The notes beneath the pieces are model-generated. The model was not told the origin of the DNA, did not search any database, and saw only the letters and a list, made by a program, of their open reading frames with translations. The position numbers and the translations under genes were made by a program. Shown one piece after another: positions 1 through 9,884 of a stretch of 64,000 nucleotides of DNA. The DNA comes from an archaeon. Its GTDB lineage: Archaea > Asgardarchaeota > Heimdallarchaeia > Heimdallarchaeales > Kariarchaeaceae. The stretch's first letter is position 1, and every line of letters begins with the position of its first letter. The stretch covers positions 1,879 through 65,878 of the forward strand of contig JAJRQD010000109.1 of assembly GCA_024280435.1 (NCBI GenBank). Direction: 5' to 3'.

Positions 1-97
1 GAGTTTTCTTTCTTTTCACTAGAAATAGTATTGTTAAACCTCCAGCCAGTAATACAAGAATTAAAGGGGAGATTAAATCTGCTGTATCAACATTCAT
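1..97 (-). CDS. 5' end of a CDS running off the left edge (TM segment followed by KRKK)
   Basis: An ATG at 97 on the minus strand opens MNVDTADLISPLILVLLAGGLTILFLVKRKKT. There is no stop before position 1, and only 32 codons are visible. Confidence 0.3.
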   Translation of the reverse strand, partial: MNVDTADLISPLILVLLAGGLTILFLVKRKKT

Positions 98-790
98 ATA
101 TGCAAATAGTAATTATTGCAGTTAATAAATATAATGAGTTACTGTCTGTTCAATAATATATTATTTTTAGATACTTTGCATTAATTTATCAGTCCAATTT
201 GATCTATTGACCAATTGAATATCCGTATTAATGATGAACAACTTATATATTTTAATTTTACTATAATATCGCAATTATTCAAAAATAAAGATATTATAGT
301 TTACTTGTTTTCGAAATTTTAGTATATTATAGTATTTTTGAGTTATAAATTGTAAATAATTAATTATAAACCTGTACATTCAGTCTTTTCAGCAAATAAC
401 AATAGAATATAGGTATTATTCAGTATCAAATACAGGAATACTAGCAGGTGTCAAATAAATTCGAAGATGGGATAAAGTGAGTATTACAAAATGTATCAGG
501 AATTCATGTAATAATACACAATAATGAGAATAATTACTGGTAAAAAACCAAGAAAATGTGGCACACAAGGTTTTCCTCACGATCTTTACCAAAGTTAAAA
601 TATATGTGTACAGTAAGAGATGATTTCTATAATTACCAGTTTCCCAGGCGAAATTCATCACAGATGCATTAATTTTTTGTACAGATACAAATTAAATTGA
701 AAAATATGATAATTCTTACAAAATTAGATCTTAAAACTTTAAAAGTGAACACTTACGATAATTTTTATTTTATATCAATATTTATAGAAA

Positions 791-3028
791 CTAAACTCTT
801 CTTTTCCTAATCAGAACGATCACTGAGAAAAGTGATAACAAGGATATATAAAATGAAGGTGCAGGTAGGTCCAAAGTAGGTACATCATCTGTACTAGTAT
901 CTGATTCATTATTATTTGTTGATGTATCATCAGTTGTTGGATCATCTGAAGCAGTATCACTTGGATCTGATGGATCATCTGATGGTGGATCGCTGGGATC
1001 TGCATTTGGTGGATTAGGATAATTCTGATTCCAATCCATATAGTTAATGAAATATCCAATAGATATTTGATCATCATAGTAATTTGTACCTGTATTTAAA
1101 CTCGCACCTATTGTAAATGTGAAATTACCATCACTGAAAGAATTGTGTAGTACATCTCCACCAATTATGAAGCCAATATTATAAATTCCAGGTGCAATAT
1201 TCATCATATTATAGAAATAACTGCCAACAAAATAATCCGTCTCTGTTTTAATATCCAAATATACATCTAAATTACCAAATTCCTTGACTTCAATAGTGGT
1301 ATTGAATATTAGATAGTCTTTCATTTGAGAATCCGGTACATTGACAGGAGCTATATAGACATCATAAGGTCTGATATATACTTCTGGATTATCATATTGA
1401 TTTGTACCAATGTAGAAATTGAAGAACTGAAAATTATAATAAGTATTACTTGTATTATTATTGAAATACAGATATTCATCTATGTATAAATCAATATTTG
1501 ATTGGTAATAACCCTGATCAAAGAAACTTGTTGATACAGATATATTGAGATAATATATTCCGGAATTATAATATTGGTCATACGCATATGAAGATGCAGA
1601 ATATGACATATTATTGATATCATAAACATTTAATGTTAAACTATAGCTGAAATAAATATCTCTATAAGCATATAAAGTTAAACCAATATTATAGTGATCA
1701 ATTAAACCATTTCCATCCAAATCCACAGGGTAAAGTGTATTATATGTTAATGTGTAATAAATACTCTCAAAAATATCACTAGAAACATTATAAAACCAGG
1801 TAGGATAAGGTTGCAGGTAATAACTAGTTCCATCTTGTATAAAGAATGAACCCTGACTTTCAACATTCAAATCCAAATATGCATAGTACGATTGTAATCC
1901 TGCTGCATAAACTAGAGAAGTACCTGTAAAGTTTCCAGCTGAGGTAACATTCATACTAAAATTATCAAATGAATCCAGAAATTCCATATAATATCCGGCG
2001 ACATATACATTGATAGTACTGAATAATTCAAAAAATCCAGGCTTATTCACAGTTACATCGTATGTTATCTCGATGAAATCAGCTGAGTAAGTGGGGCTAC
2101 TGACATAAAATCCTGTATCTATATCTAGGAAATTTATTGAAACTGAATTCAATACAAATAGTTCTTTTTCAAATATACCACTGAGTGCAGTTATTACAGT
2201 TGTATTTGAAGGTGTGTAGTAACTGTTATAATCATAAAGATAACTTCCATATATATTTATATTGAATGTCAGTATACTGTTATATTCTTGCAGGCCATAT
2301 GCAGAATAATTAAGACTACCAGAGTAAACACCAGCAGTTGTATTAAATATATCATAAGACATATAATTCAACGATTCTAAATATGAACCATTCATATATA
2401 CATCAATATTTCCATATACACTGAAATCACCTGGCTTAGTTAATTCAGCAGTGAATTGTACTTCTATAAAGTCTGCAGTTCCGGTTGCAGTTGTTACATA
2501 CGCCCCTGTTTCAATATCTAGAAAATTAATTGCATCCACTGTTATAACCAGGGGTGGTTTCTCATAAAGCACAGAACTGATGTAGTAATATGAAAGTTCT
2601 TCTGTAAAAGTACCAATATAGGTACCATTATTGTCATATTCATGGACATTTAATCTTAATTCCACATATCCATTCATGTTTAAATCATATATTTTTACAC
2701 CATCAAATGTAACCATGAAATTCATTATTCCAGAAAATGATGGATAATAATAATTATTTTCACTCATCAACCATGTTTTAGTGATGTTGTCATACATATT
2801 CACAAAAAATTGGTAATTGCTTGTTGACAAGACATTTGCATTTATATCTACATTCAAACCATCATATAATCCATTGGAATTGTTCTCAAATGGATTGATA
2901 GTTACTGTTGATGCAAATGATCCATTTACTGTAATATTATTACTAACATTCTGTAGTTCTGAGGTAGAACTATTCAGAGATGAGAATATTAATATTATTA
3001 ATACAAAAGTTATTTTTAGTACTTTCAA
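791..3028 (-). CDS. Secreted Asn/Tyr-rich surface (glyco)protein with C-terminal sorting-type anchor
   Basis: It has a signal peptide (MKVLKITFVLIILIFSSLNSS) and two tandem ~110-aa domain copies (INFLDIETGAYV... and INFLDIDTGFYV...). There are many N-x-S/T sequons and a Pro/Asp/Ser/Thr linker. The C-terminus is PAPSF, then a TM helix, then RKRRV. Confidence 0.75.
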   Translation of the reverse strand: MKVLKITFVLIILIFSSLNSSTSELQNVSNNITVNGSFASTVTINPFENNSNGLYDGLNVDINANVLSTSNYQFFVNMYDNITKTWLMSENNYYYPSFSGIMNFMVTFDGVKIYDLNMNGYVELRLNVHEYDNNGTYIGTFTEELSYYYISSVLYEKPPLVITVDAINFLDIETGAYVTTATGTADFIEVQFTAELTKPGDFSVYGNIDVYMNGSYLESLNYMSYDIFNTTAGVYSGSLNYSAYGLQEYNSILTFNINIYGSYLYDYNSYYTPSNTTVITALSGIFEKELFVLNSVSINFLDIDTGFYVSSPTYSADFIEITYDVTVNKPGFFELFSTINVYVAGYYMEFLDSFDNFSMNVTSAGNFTGTSLVYAAGLQSYYAYLDLNVESQGSFFIQDGTSYYLQPYPTWFYNVSSDIFESIYYTLTYNTLYPVDLDGNGLIDHYNIGLTLYAYRDIYFSYSLTLNVYDINNMSYSASSYAYDQYYNSGIYYLNISVSTSFFDQGYYQSNIDLYIDEYLYFNNNTSNTYYNFQFFNFYIGTNQYDNPEVYIRPYDVYIAPVNVPDSQMKDYLIFNTTIEVKEFGNLDVYLDIKTETDYFVGSYFYNMMNIAPGIYNIGFIIGGDVLHNSFSDGNFTFTIGASLNTGTNYYDDQISIGYFINYMDWNQNYPNPPNADPSDPPSDDPSDPSDTASDDPTTDDTSTNNNESDTSTDDVPTLDLPAPSFYISLLSLFSVIVLIRKRRV

Positions 3029-3191
3029 TTTGAATCCTCTTGCATAAATGAACCCATTAAAGTTTATAAAGGTTCTTTAATATAATTTTATTTTTAACAA
3101 TATATCTAAAATCAATTAGCTTTAATGTTCAATGCTTTAAATTGAATATTATATTTTTCAATACTAATAAATCAGTCCGCATTTCTCTGGA

Positions 3192-3572
3192 TCAAATGAA
3201 TTGTATTAATCTAACGCCTATGATCTCACCGATGTAGTTCATTATATAAACCATTACCCATGCAATTATTCCAACCCATGTGGACCTCTCGTAGGTTCCT
3301 CCTCTCATCAACAAAGCTTTGATGACATACACAGAGACCACAAATGTTAGAATTGGGATAATCTGTCCGATACCCAGAATGGATAACATTCCAGCAACAG
3401 CAGAAACTCCGATTATCAATACTAATATCACCACAGCAGTAATGACTGCATTGATATAGTATGACTTTGTTAATTTCACATTTCTATCACCAAATACCTT
3501 ATCACCGACAAATAATGCTAATGCAAGTAATAATGCAGAGATAGTGAATAATATTACATCTTCTAATGCCAT
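3192..3572 (-). CDS. Small integral membrane protein
   Basis: The 126-aa ORF has about four hydrophobic helices. I recognise no family. Confidence 0.55.
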   Translation of the reverse strand: MALEDVILFTISALLLALALFVGDKVFGDRNVKLTKSYYINAVITAVVILVLIIGVSAVAGMLSILGIGQIIPILTFVVSVYVIKALLMRGGTYERSTWVGIIAWVMVYIMNYIGEIIGVRLIQFI

Positions 3573-3778
3573 GATCTGATTTTATTTTATGTTTATATAA
3601 TAATATTGAGTTTGTTTTGAATATCTATCATCGAATATTTTCAATTTACTCACAGCTCCTTCAGGTGGTTGTTGAAATATATTCATATATTTATAATTCA
3701 CCGATTTATCCAGTCTTTGAAGTTTTAATTCTCCATTGAACAATAATTTTTTTATTAAATTCAATAGATATAGATTTA

Positions 3779-4237
3779 TTGAGATTACAGAGACATTATG
3801 CAGCAACAACTTATATCTTTGATAAAAAGAGCAGGAGAACATTACTACACTGGCATGAGAAATTGAGAAGTTATTTACCACCTGGTGGTCATGTGGAGGA
3901 GAATGAGGCACCTTTTGAAACAGCAAAAAGGGAGATACTTGAGGAGTATGAATTGAGAAACATTGAATTTATTCATCCAGAAATGCCAAGAAGACTAGAT
4001 GAACGATCCTTTCTACTAGAAATGCCACATTACCTTGTAGAGGAAATTATCAGGGATGATCATATACATCTTGATTGGATATTCTTTGCGTGGGTTGATC
4101 TTGAAGAATTATCAGGTGTATCAGATGATGTCAAAAAAATAATCAGATGGTTTACAATTGATGAAATTCAAAATGAAGTAAATTGTTTCGAAAATGTGAA
4201 AGAATTGGCAATTATTGGAATGTCTAAATTCTACTGA
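3779..4237 (+). CDS. NUDIX hydrolase
   Basis: It carries a Nudix box, GGHVEENEAPFETAKREILEE (GX5EX7REUXEE). The start is TTG. The antisense ORF 3582..3926 is treated as a shadow. Confidence 0.8.
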   Translation: MRLQRHYAATTYIFDKKSRRTLLHWHEKLRSYLPPGGHVEENEAPFETAKREILEEYELRNIEFIHPEMPRRLDERSFLLEMPHYLVEEIIRDDHIHLDWIFFAWVDLEELSGVSDDVKKIIRWFTIDEIQNEVNCFENVKELAIIGMSKFY

Positions 4238-4255
4238 AAAATTCTATTGATATAA

Positions 4256-4720
4256 TTAATTCATACCAAATCGATCAATTAGAAAGCTCTCTATCTCGTT
4301 TGTTATAGCGATAGTTTGCATGAACTTCTCCTCTCCAATCCCTGTTTTAATTATATGCTGTACCTCATCCCAATAGGTATATGCATTCATTATCATCTCC
4401 ATACCATTCTCGGTAACTGATATTACTTTTTGTGATCTACTAGTGCTTGATATTTGTAATTTAATGAAATCCAAATCCTCTAGAACTCTGAGATTTCTGG
4501 AGAAAGTAGATTTTTCCATGGCAAGTCTAGTTGCAGCATCTCCAATTGATGGCTTTCCATCATTGTGATCTTGCATTCCTTTTATTGTCAGCATTATCGC
4601 AAGTTGATTGATATTTATTCCAGATGGTTTAAGATAAGAATCATATATTCTGGTAACAATTCTCGATAGTTTCCTCACATTTGTCGACATACACATATCA
4701 ATTAATGAGAGGAAATCCAT
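4256..4720 (-). CDS. MarR-family winged-helix transcriptional regulator
   Basis: The pattern is MarR-like: INQLAIMLTI...IGDAATRLAMEKSTFSRNLRVLEDLDFIK...VISVTENG. It lies downstream of, and on the same strand as, the DUF2892 gene. Confidence 0.85.
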   Translation of the reverse strand: MDFLSLIDMCMSTNVRKLSRIVTRIYDSYLKPSGININQLAIMLTIKGMQDHNDGKPSIGDAATRLAMEKSTFSRNLRVLEDLDFIKLQISSTSRSQKVISVTENGMEMIMNAYTYWDEVQHIIKTGIGEEKFMQTIAITNEIESFLIDRFGMN

Positions 4721-4752
4721 ATTATATCATTTCTTTTCAATTTATTTATACT

Positions 4753-4965
4753 TTAGGTTGTTTTGGCCTTACAAGTGTTTATTCCAAAAATAGAATAGAT
4801 CAAGCATGTATTTAACAATGCAGTACCAATTGGTATGATTGATAACACAATTAATGTGATACCCAGTGTTGTGTTACTTCCTAAAAAAAATATTCCGGAG
4901 ACAATAAGAATTGCTCCAATTATTAATCTAATGTATTTATCTGTCGAACCTACGTTTTTTGCCAT
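4753..4965 (-). CDS. DUF2892 (YgaP-like) small membrane protein
   Basis: MAKNVGSTDKYIRLIIGAILIV followed by two TM helices matches the DUF2892 signature. Confidence 0.7.
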   Translation of the reverse strand: MAKNVGSTDKYIRLIIGAILIVSGIFFLGSNTTLGITLIVLSIIPIGTALLNTCLIYSIFGINTCKAKTT

Positions 4966-4979
4966 AATTGTTCATCTCT

Positions 4980-5021
4980 TTGTATATACAATAGTTGTAT
5001 ATACATTAGTTGTATATACAA
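4980..5021. promoter_or_regulatory. Three tandem 15-bp-spaced copies of a 12-bp palindrome, a putative MarR operator overlapping the promoter
   Basis: TTGTATATACAA occurs at 4980-4991, TTGTATATACAT at 4995-5006 and TTGTATATACAA at 5010-5021. These lie 15-56 nt upstream of the DUF2892-MarR operon start at 4965. Confidence 0.5.
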
Positions 5022-5270
5022 TCTATTTAAGTTTATTGGTAGGTGTGAAAATATTGTGTAAAAATAGTAGTACTTTGAATAAAAATAGTGATTTATTCAA
5101 AATTTCCATCAATTTAATGAATTACCTTATCAGATTACATATACTTAATAATACTGAAGTATTTAACAAATTAATTTAGGATTATTGTTTGGAACAAGAA
5201 TTTTGAGGTAGGGAATGAAATAATTGACAATCAGCTTAAAAACTTATTTGAGGAGAATAACAAGCTATAT

Positions 5271-5576
5271 GTGGCAGATTTAAATGATGAGAATATAGTC
5301 CAGGGATTATTTTCCTTTCTAAATGAATATATTGTTACTCATTTCAAGGCAGAAGAGCAGCTAATGATAGATTATAATTATGAGAAATATGAATATCACA
5401 AGAAAATACATGATGAATTTTTGAACACTATCAACAAAAAAATAAAAAAGTATAATAATAATAAATCAATTGAGATAATTTATTCAATAAGAAACCAGGT
5501 CTCTAAATGGTTGGTTCATCATATATTGAATGTAGATATACAGATGAAACGATTCTATCTATCCATACATGAATGA
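5271..5576 (+). CDS. Hemerythrin-like metal-binding protein (N-terminus uncertain)
   Basis: The hemerythrin ligand motifs THFKAEE, YHKKIHDEF and WLVHHILNVD are present. Similarity (WNKNFEVGNEIIDNQLKNLF) continues upstream to 5175 with no ATG, GTG or TTG. Confidence 0.7.
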   Translation: MADLNDENIVQGLFSFLNEYIVTHFKAEEQLMIDYNYEKYEYHKKIHDEFLNTINKKIKKYNNNKSIEIIYSIRNQVSKWLVHHILNVDIQMKRFYLSIHE

Positions 5577-5639
5577 TCTATTTTATTCTATTATAAATTT
5601 ATGCAATTATGTTACCATTTCAATAGTAACAAAATCTAA

Positions 5640-6041
5640 GTGTTAATATATGAGGTGTGTCTATTAATTATTATGAGATATAAATACAAACATCCAATTT
5701 CAACAATAGGTACAATTTTCTTCTTTGCAGGTATTTTCACACCACTACCATTTATGATGGGCTTTGGACTGGCGATAATTTGCTGGATAATAGGCAAGCA
5801 ATTTGAGGATGAATACAACAGAAACAGAGTAATCAATCCAATAATCAGTAATATAGAACATAGTGGAGCTGAGAAAATACACAGTAACAAATCAGGATTT
5901 ATTGATACAGAACCTGTTAATAAACAAACTTTGAATAGATCCCAATTCTGTGTTATGTGTGGTAATAAATATTCATTGGAATTTGATTTCTGCAATAATT
6001 GTGGACGAAAATCAGAGTACAGATTGAGAGTTAATGTCTAA
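5640..6041 (+). CDS. Membrane protein with C-terminal zinc ribbon
   Basis: It has two hydrophobic helices and then CVMCGNKYSLEFDFCNNCG (CxxC-x10-CxxC). The true start may be the internal MRYKYK. The antisense ORF 5636..5995 is rejected. Confidence 0.5.
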   Translation: MLIYEVCLLIIMRYKYKHPISTIGTIFFFAGIFTPLPFMMGFGLAIICWIIGKQFEDEYNRNRVINPIISNIEHSGAEKIHSNKSGFIDTEPVNKQTLNRSQFCVMCGNKYSLEFDFCNNCGRKSEYRLRVNV

Positions 6042-6204
6042 TTCATATTAATGGGATAAACAATTAGTAGATGTTGAGATTGTAATTTTCATTAGTTTTT
6101 CAATAATGTATATTATTTTCAATATAATAGTTAAATGTAAGAAACTATTATCTTAATGGTTATAAATTAATTTGCACATCATAAATATATTAGGATATTT
6201 TGTT

Positions 6205-7086
6205 ATGACAATTTTAGAATTGAAATTTGACAAAAAAATTTACTCCACCAAAGTTAGACCACTATGGTGTCCTGGATGTGGAGATTTCGCTATGTTCAAA
6301 GCATTGAAAGAAGCTCTATATGAATTACAGTTAGATCCAAAACAGACAATTCTTGTTGCAGGTATTGGTTGTAGTTCCAAAATGTCTGATGCAGTTGGTG
6401 TGTATGGATTACATAATATCCATGGAAGAGCTATACCATCCGCAACAGGTATTAAAATGGCTAATCACAATCTGAATGTCATAGTGTATGGTGGGGACGG
6501 AGATATGCTAGGTATTGGTGGAAACCATTTCACTCATGCTTGTAGACGAAATATGGACCTTACTTTAATTATTCCTAACAACCATACTTATGGATTAACC
6601 ACTGGTCAAACTTCTCCAACCAGTGATATTGGATACAAGACAAAAACTAGTCCCAAGGGATCATTTGATAGACCAGTCAATCCTGTTTTTGCAGCTATCT
6701 CAGCGGGCGCAACTTTTGTTGCAAAAGTATCATCAGCAGATAATAAGCATATGGGTAAAGTGATGACTGCTGCAATAGCACATAAAGGTATGTCAGTAGT
6801 TGTTATTGATCAATTCTGTATTACATGGAATAGGATCAATACTCCAGATTATTATGCAGATAAATATTTTGATGTACAGGAAACTGATCATGATCTCTCT
6901 AATTTCGAGGATTCTCTATTATTAGCCAATATGACAGGAGATAGAATACCATTTGGAATAATTTACCACACTGAGAAAGTAAAATCATTTGAAGAGAATT
7001 ATTCACAACTTCAAGGTAAATCTAATGTAGAGAGAAGAAGTAGACAATTGATTGATGTCTCTGATATGCTTGATAGTTATATCTAG
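6205..7086 (+). CDS. 2-oxoacid:ferredoxin oxidoreductase, beta (TPP-binding) subunit
   Basis: Matching motifs are WCPGCGDF, GIGCSS, HGRAIPSATGIK, GGDGD..IGGNH and NNHTYGLTTGQTSPT. I prefer the ATG at 6205 over the TTG at 6172. Confidence 0.85.
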   Translation: MTILELKFDKKIYSTKVRPLWCPGCGDFAMFKALKEALYELQLDPKQTILVAGIGCSSKMSDAVGVYGLHNIHGRAIPSATGIKMANHNLNVIVYGGDGDMLGIGGNHFTHACRRNMDLTLIIPNNHTYGLTTGQTSPTSDIGYKTKTSPKGSFDRPVNPVFAAISAGATFVAKVSSADNKHMGKVMTAAIAHKGMSVVVIDQFCITWNRINTPDYYADKYFDVQETDHDLSNFEDSLLLANMTGDRIPFGIIYHTEKVKSFEENYSQLQGKSNVERRSRQLIDVSDMLDSYI

Positions 7087-7198
7087 AAGAAAACACTGAT
7101 AAAATTATATTAATAAAACAGTAAATAATTGATATACAATATATATTGGACAGAGTTGTTCCTGTAATATATTAATAAATAGGAGTTCATATTATTTT

Positions 7199-7765
7199 AT
7201 GAACAGTGATAATGATGATTTCATATCACTAGATGATCTAGATGATATTTTAGATATAGATAGTGAAACAAATAATTTAGATATAGATAGTGAAACAGAT
7301 AATGAATTCAGAGAAATGATTGATAGACGTGATAAAATTGCATCCTCATTGAATGAAGAGGATGTATTGAGAATAGTTGCACAAAATATCTTAACTAATA
7401 ATGAATACCCCACTGCGATCAAACTAGAACAATTACTTACCACAATACCTGAAATATCTGAATTAAAACAGATTATTGATGATGTTTATCACGATAGACA
7501 AATAAGTAGATCAGAATACCGAACTCTTGTCGGTTTATTGGATAATAATTCTGAGAGTGAAATCCATCAAGTTATCCACAATGTATTACTTCATGATAGA
7601 ATTTCTATACAGACTAAACTTGAATTATTACTGATCTGTGTTCCAGAATTTGATGATCTGATCACTAGAATCGGTGATGAGCTTGAGAAGGATCATATCG
7701 GGGAAGATGATTATAACTATATTATTGACTGTCTGTGGAAACGGAGGAATAATCGAAGAAATTAA
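7199..7765 (+). CDS. Acidic hypothetical protein
   Basis: The 188-aa ORF has an Asp/Glu-rich N-terminus containing a duplicated LDIDSET(N/D)N and a basic C-terminal tail. Confidence 0.5.
   Translation: MNSDNDDFISLDDLDDILDIDSETNNLDIDSETDNEFREMIDRRDKIASSLNEEDVLRIVAQNILTNNEYPTAIKLEQLLTTIPEISELKQIIDDVYHDRQISRSEYRTLVGLLDNNSESEIHQVIHNVLLHDRISIQTKLELLLICVPEFDDLITRIGDELEKDHIGEDDYNYIIDCLWKRRNNRRN
7250..7303 (+). repeat. 27-bp tandem duplication inside a CDS
   Basis: ttagatatagatagtgaaaca(a/g)ataat occurs twice back to back with 1 mismatch. Confidence 0.85.
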
Positions 7766-7862
7766 TTAATATTGATTTTATAGCACACAAAAATTATAGA
7801 TTACAACAATTATAACTAATTGTTCCTATAAATTATAAAATACAGTTATAGAAGCATGATTA

Positions 7863-8600
7863 TTGAATTCATACTCATCACCATTATTCATTTTTAATCA
7901 TGAGGTCAGATTAAAAATACTTGAATTGCTATTGAATGGTCCTATGACACAGACACAAATTGCAGAGTTTATTAATATCTCAGCATCTGAAATATCTAGA
8001 CATCTATCAAAACTGGGTTCATCACATTTTATTAGTAAAGATGATAGAAAGTACACTATAACTGAATATGGAAGCACTTCTATGAGATTATTCGGTCCAT
8101 TGAAGTTTTGGTTTGATAATTCAAAATATTTCAATAATCATCCAGTTAATTTATCAGATGATTTTATACTTCAAATGGATATACTTGATAATGCAGAGTT
8201 TATTGAGGGACAGGGATTTGTAATGATTAAATTTGATGAGATGATTAAAAATGCTGAGATTGAGGTGTTTACCATGACAGATCAGCCATTTCCCTTTGGA
8301 AAAGAAAATGTAAAGGCACATTACATTCTTCCACCTGAATTCATGAAATATGATTTGAATCCAGCAGAGAGTTTGAAATTGAAAGAGATTGATATCAGAT
8401 TCCATGATAAATTACCAATTGCTTTACTGATTATTGATAAGAAAACAGGTTCAATTCATTTTCCAGATAATACTGGTAGAATAGATTTTAATTTTGGTTT
8501 CTTCTCTAGTGATAAAAAAGTAGTTGCCTATTTAATTGATTTATGGAATTATTACTTCAATACAGGAACACCAGTTTCATATTATGATAAATCAAACTGA
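7863..8600 (+). CDS. ArsR-type wHTH regulator with DUF1724-like C-terminal domain
   Basis: The N-terminus is RLKILELLLNGPMTQTQIAEFINISASEISRHLSKL. The ~245-aa length and architecture are typical of archaeal HTH-DUF1724 regulators. Confidence 0.75.
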   Translation: MNSYSSPLFIFNHEVRLKILELLLNGPMTQTQIAEFINISASEISRHLSKLGSSHFISKDDRKYTITEYGSTSMRLFGPLKFWFDNSKYFNNHPVNLSDDFILQMDILDNAEFIEGQGFVMIKFDEMIKNAEIEVFTMTDQPFPFGKENVKAHYILPPEFMKYDLNPAESLKLKEIDIRFHDKLPIALLIIDKKTGSIHFPDNTGRIDFNFGFFSSDKKVVAYLIDLWNYYFNTGTPVSYYDKSN

Positions 8601-8669
8601 TATTCAAGCAATATTTTGAAGCATAAAAAAAATTTGTATCAATAGAAAGTTGATCTTATCTATCTGTGG

Positions 8670-8909
8670 ATGTATTATTTTATTGTGAACAAATCATTAA
8701 TACTCACAGTAGCAGATCCACAGGATATCATCTCATTCTATCTTGAAAAAGAGTTCAATCTGATTGTAAATACCAGAGAGCTAATCAAGATAACTTTGAT
8801 TGAGAATGTACTGATCTTTGAATTCGATAATCTGGAATTTAGACTTGAGATCTCATTCGAAGATCTGATGAATATACGTGATGATAACAATGAATTGGTA
8901 CACAGGTGA
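8670..8909 (+). CDS. Small hypothetical protein
   Basis: The 79-aa ORF has a stop that overlaps the GTG start of the next gene (GTGA). Confidence 0.4.
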   Translation: MYYFIVNKSLILTVADPQDIISFYLEKEFNLIVNTRELIKITLIENVLIFEFDNLEFRLEISFEDLMNIRDDNNELVHR

Positions 8910-9769
8910 ATAAATTGACTGAAATTACATTTCCTAATCTAGAACGAAGAATTATTGGATTAACTGCTATTACAGCAGGTATAACATTATTAATTATCTC
9001 TGCATCTGGTCCTACTGGGTTTAATAAGATAATATACAAGACAAGTCCCTCAAGTATTTATCAGATAATTGGACAAGATATTGCGAATATAATATTACTG
9101 GCACCTCTGTGTTTAGTGGGGGGAATTGCCCATCTTAGACAGAAAAAGTGGGCCAAGTATTTGCTTATTCTCACTCCAATATATCTGTTCTATATGGGTT
9201 TGAGTTATGGTATTGGTATGGAATGGACTATGCAGGAATATTCTGGAAACTCACATAACTATTTCTTCCTATTTGTGATACTTATGATCAGTAGTTTAAT
9301 CCTACTAATTGGAACATTACCCCTATTCTCAGAGAATGATGCACCAGAATTCAATAGAAGCTCATTGAACATATATTCACTACTGATGATATTGTTTCTA
9401 TTGATCTTCTCTAAAATGTGGATTGATCAGGTAATACAGGTGATTAAATATGGTGATACCTCAAATGGTTCATATTCAAGCTCACCAAATTTATTCTGGG
9501 TTATAAGATACCTTGATCTTGGATTTACAATACCACTGGGATTTATCTCAATATATTTACTTTGGAGTCGTCCAAAACGTACATATCCAGTGATTCAATT
9601 ATTCTTTGGTTTCTTTATAACCATGATAACAACTGTGAATTGCATGGGTATAAGCATGCTTTTGAATAATGATCCTGAGATTGTTATTGCAGATATGTTT
9701 GTTTTTATCATTCTTGCGATATTAAGCTATACTGGATATTTCTATCTAATGAAAAATATTAAAAGCTGA
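8906..9769 (+). CDS. Polytopic membrane protein
   Basis: The 287-aa ORF has about 8 hydrophobic helices. I recognise no family. Confidence 0.6.
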   Translation: MNKLTEITFPNLERRIIGLTAITAGITLLIISASGPTGFNKIIYKTSPSSIYQIIGQDIANIILLAPLCLVGGIAHLRQKKWAKYLLILTPIYLFYMGLSYGIGMEWTMQEYSGNSHNYFFLFVILMISSLILLIGTLPLFSENDAPEFNRSSLNIYSLLMILFLLIFSKMWIDQVIQVIKYGDTSNGSYSSSPNLFWVIRYLDLGFTIPLGFISIYLLWSRPKRTYPVIQLFFGFFITMITTVNCMGISMLLNNDPEIVIADMFVFIILAILSYTGYFYLMKNIKS

Positions 9770-9884
9770 GAGACAATAATCATTCAACTAGTTTTGTAAA
9801 TGTTCAATGACTTATTAGTTGTAATTTTTTATCAAAAGAGGTGTTTTGATACTTTATTAAAACAGGAACCATGAAAAAATCAAT

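Noticed and set aside
100-790. ORF 416..661(-), and a possible RNA gene in the long AT-rich leader
   Set aside because: The translation is hydrophobic and low-complexity with no motifs. No tRNA-like or rRNA-like GC-rich stems were seen here or in any other intergenic region.
4980-5021. The 15-bp-period repeats as a mini CRISPR array
   Set aside because: The units are 12 bp with 3-bp spacers and are palindromic. They sit in a promoter, and no cas genes are present.
3582-5995. ORFs 3582..3926(-), 4835..5179(+) and 5636..5995(-)
   Set aside because: Each overlaps a better-supported gene or a regulatory region (Nudix, the MarR-operon promoter repeats, the zinc-ribbon membrane protein). None has a recognisable motif.
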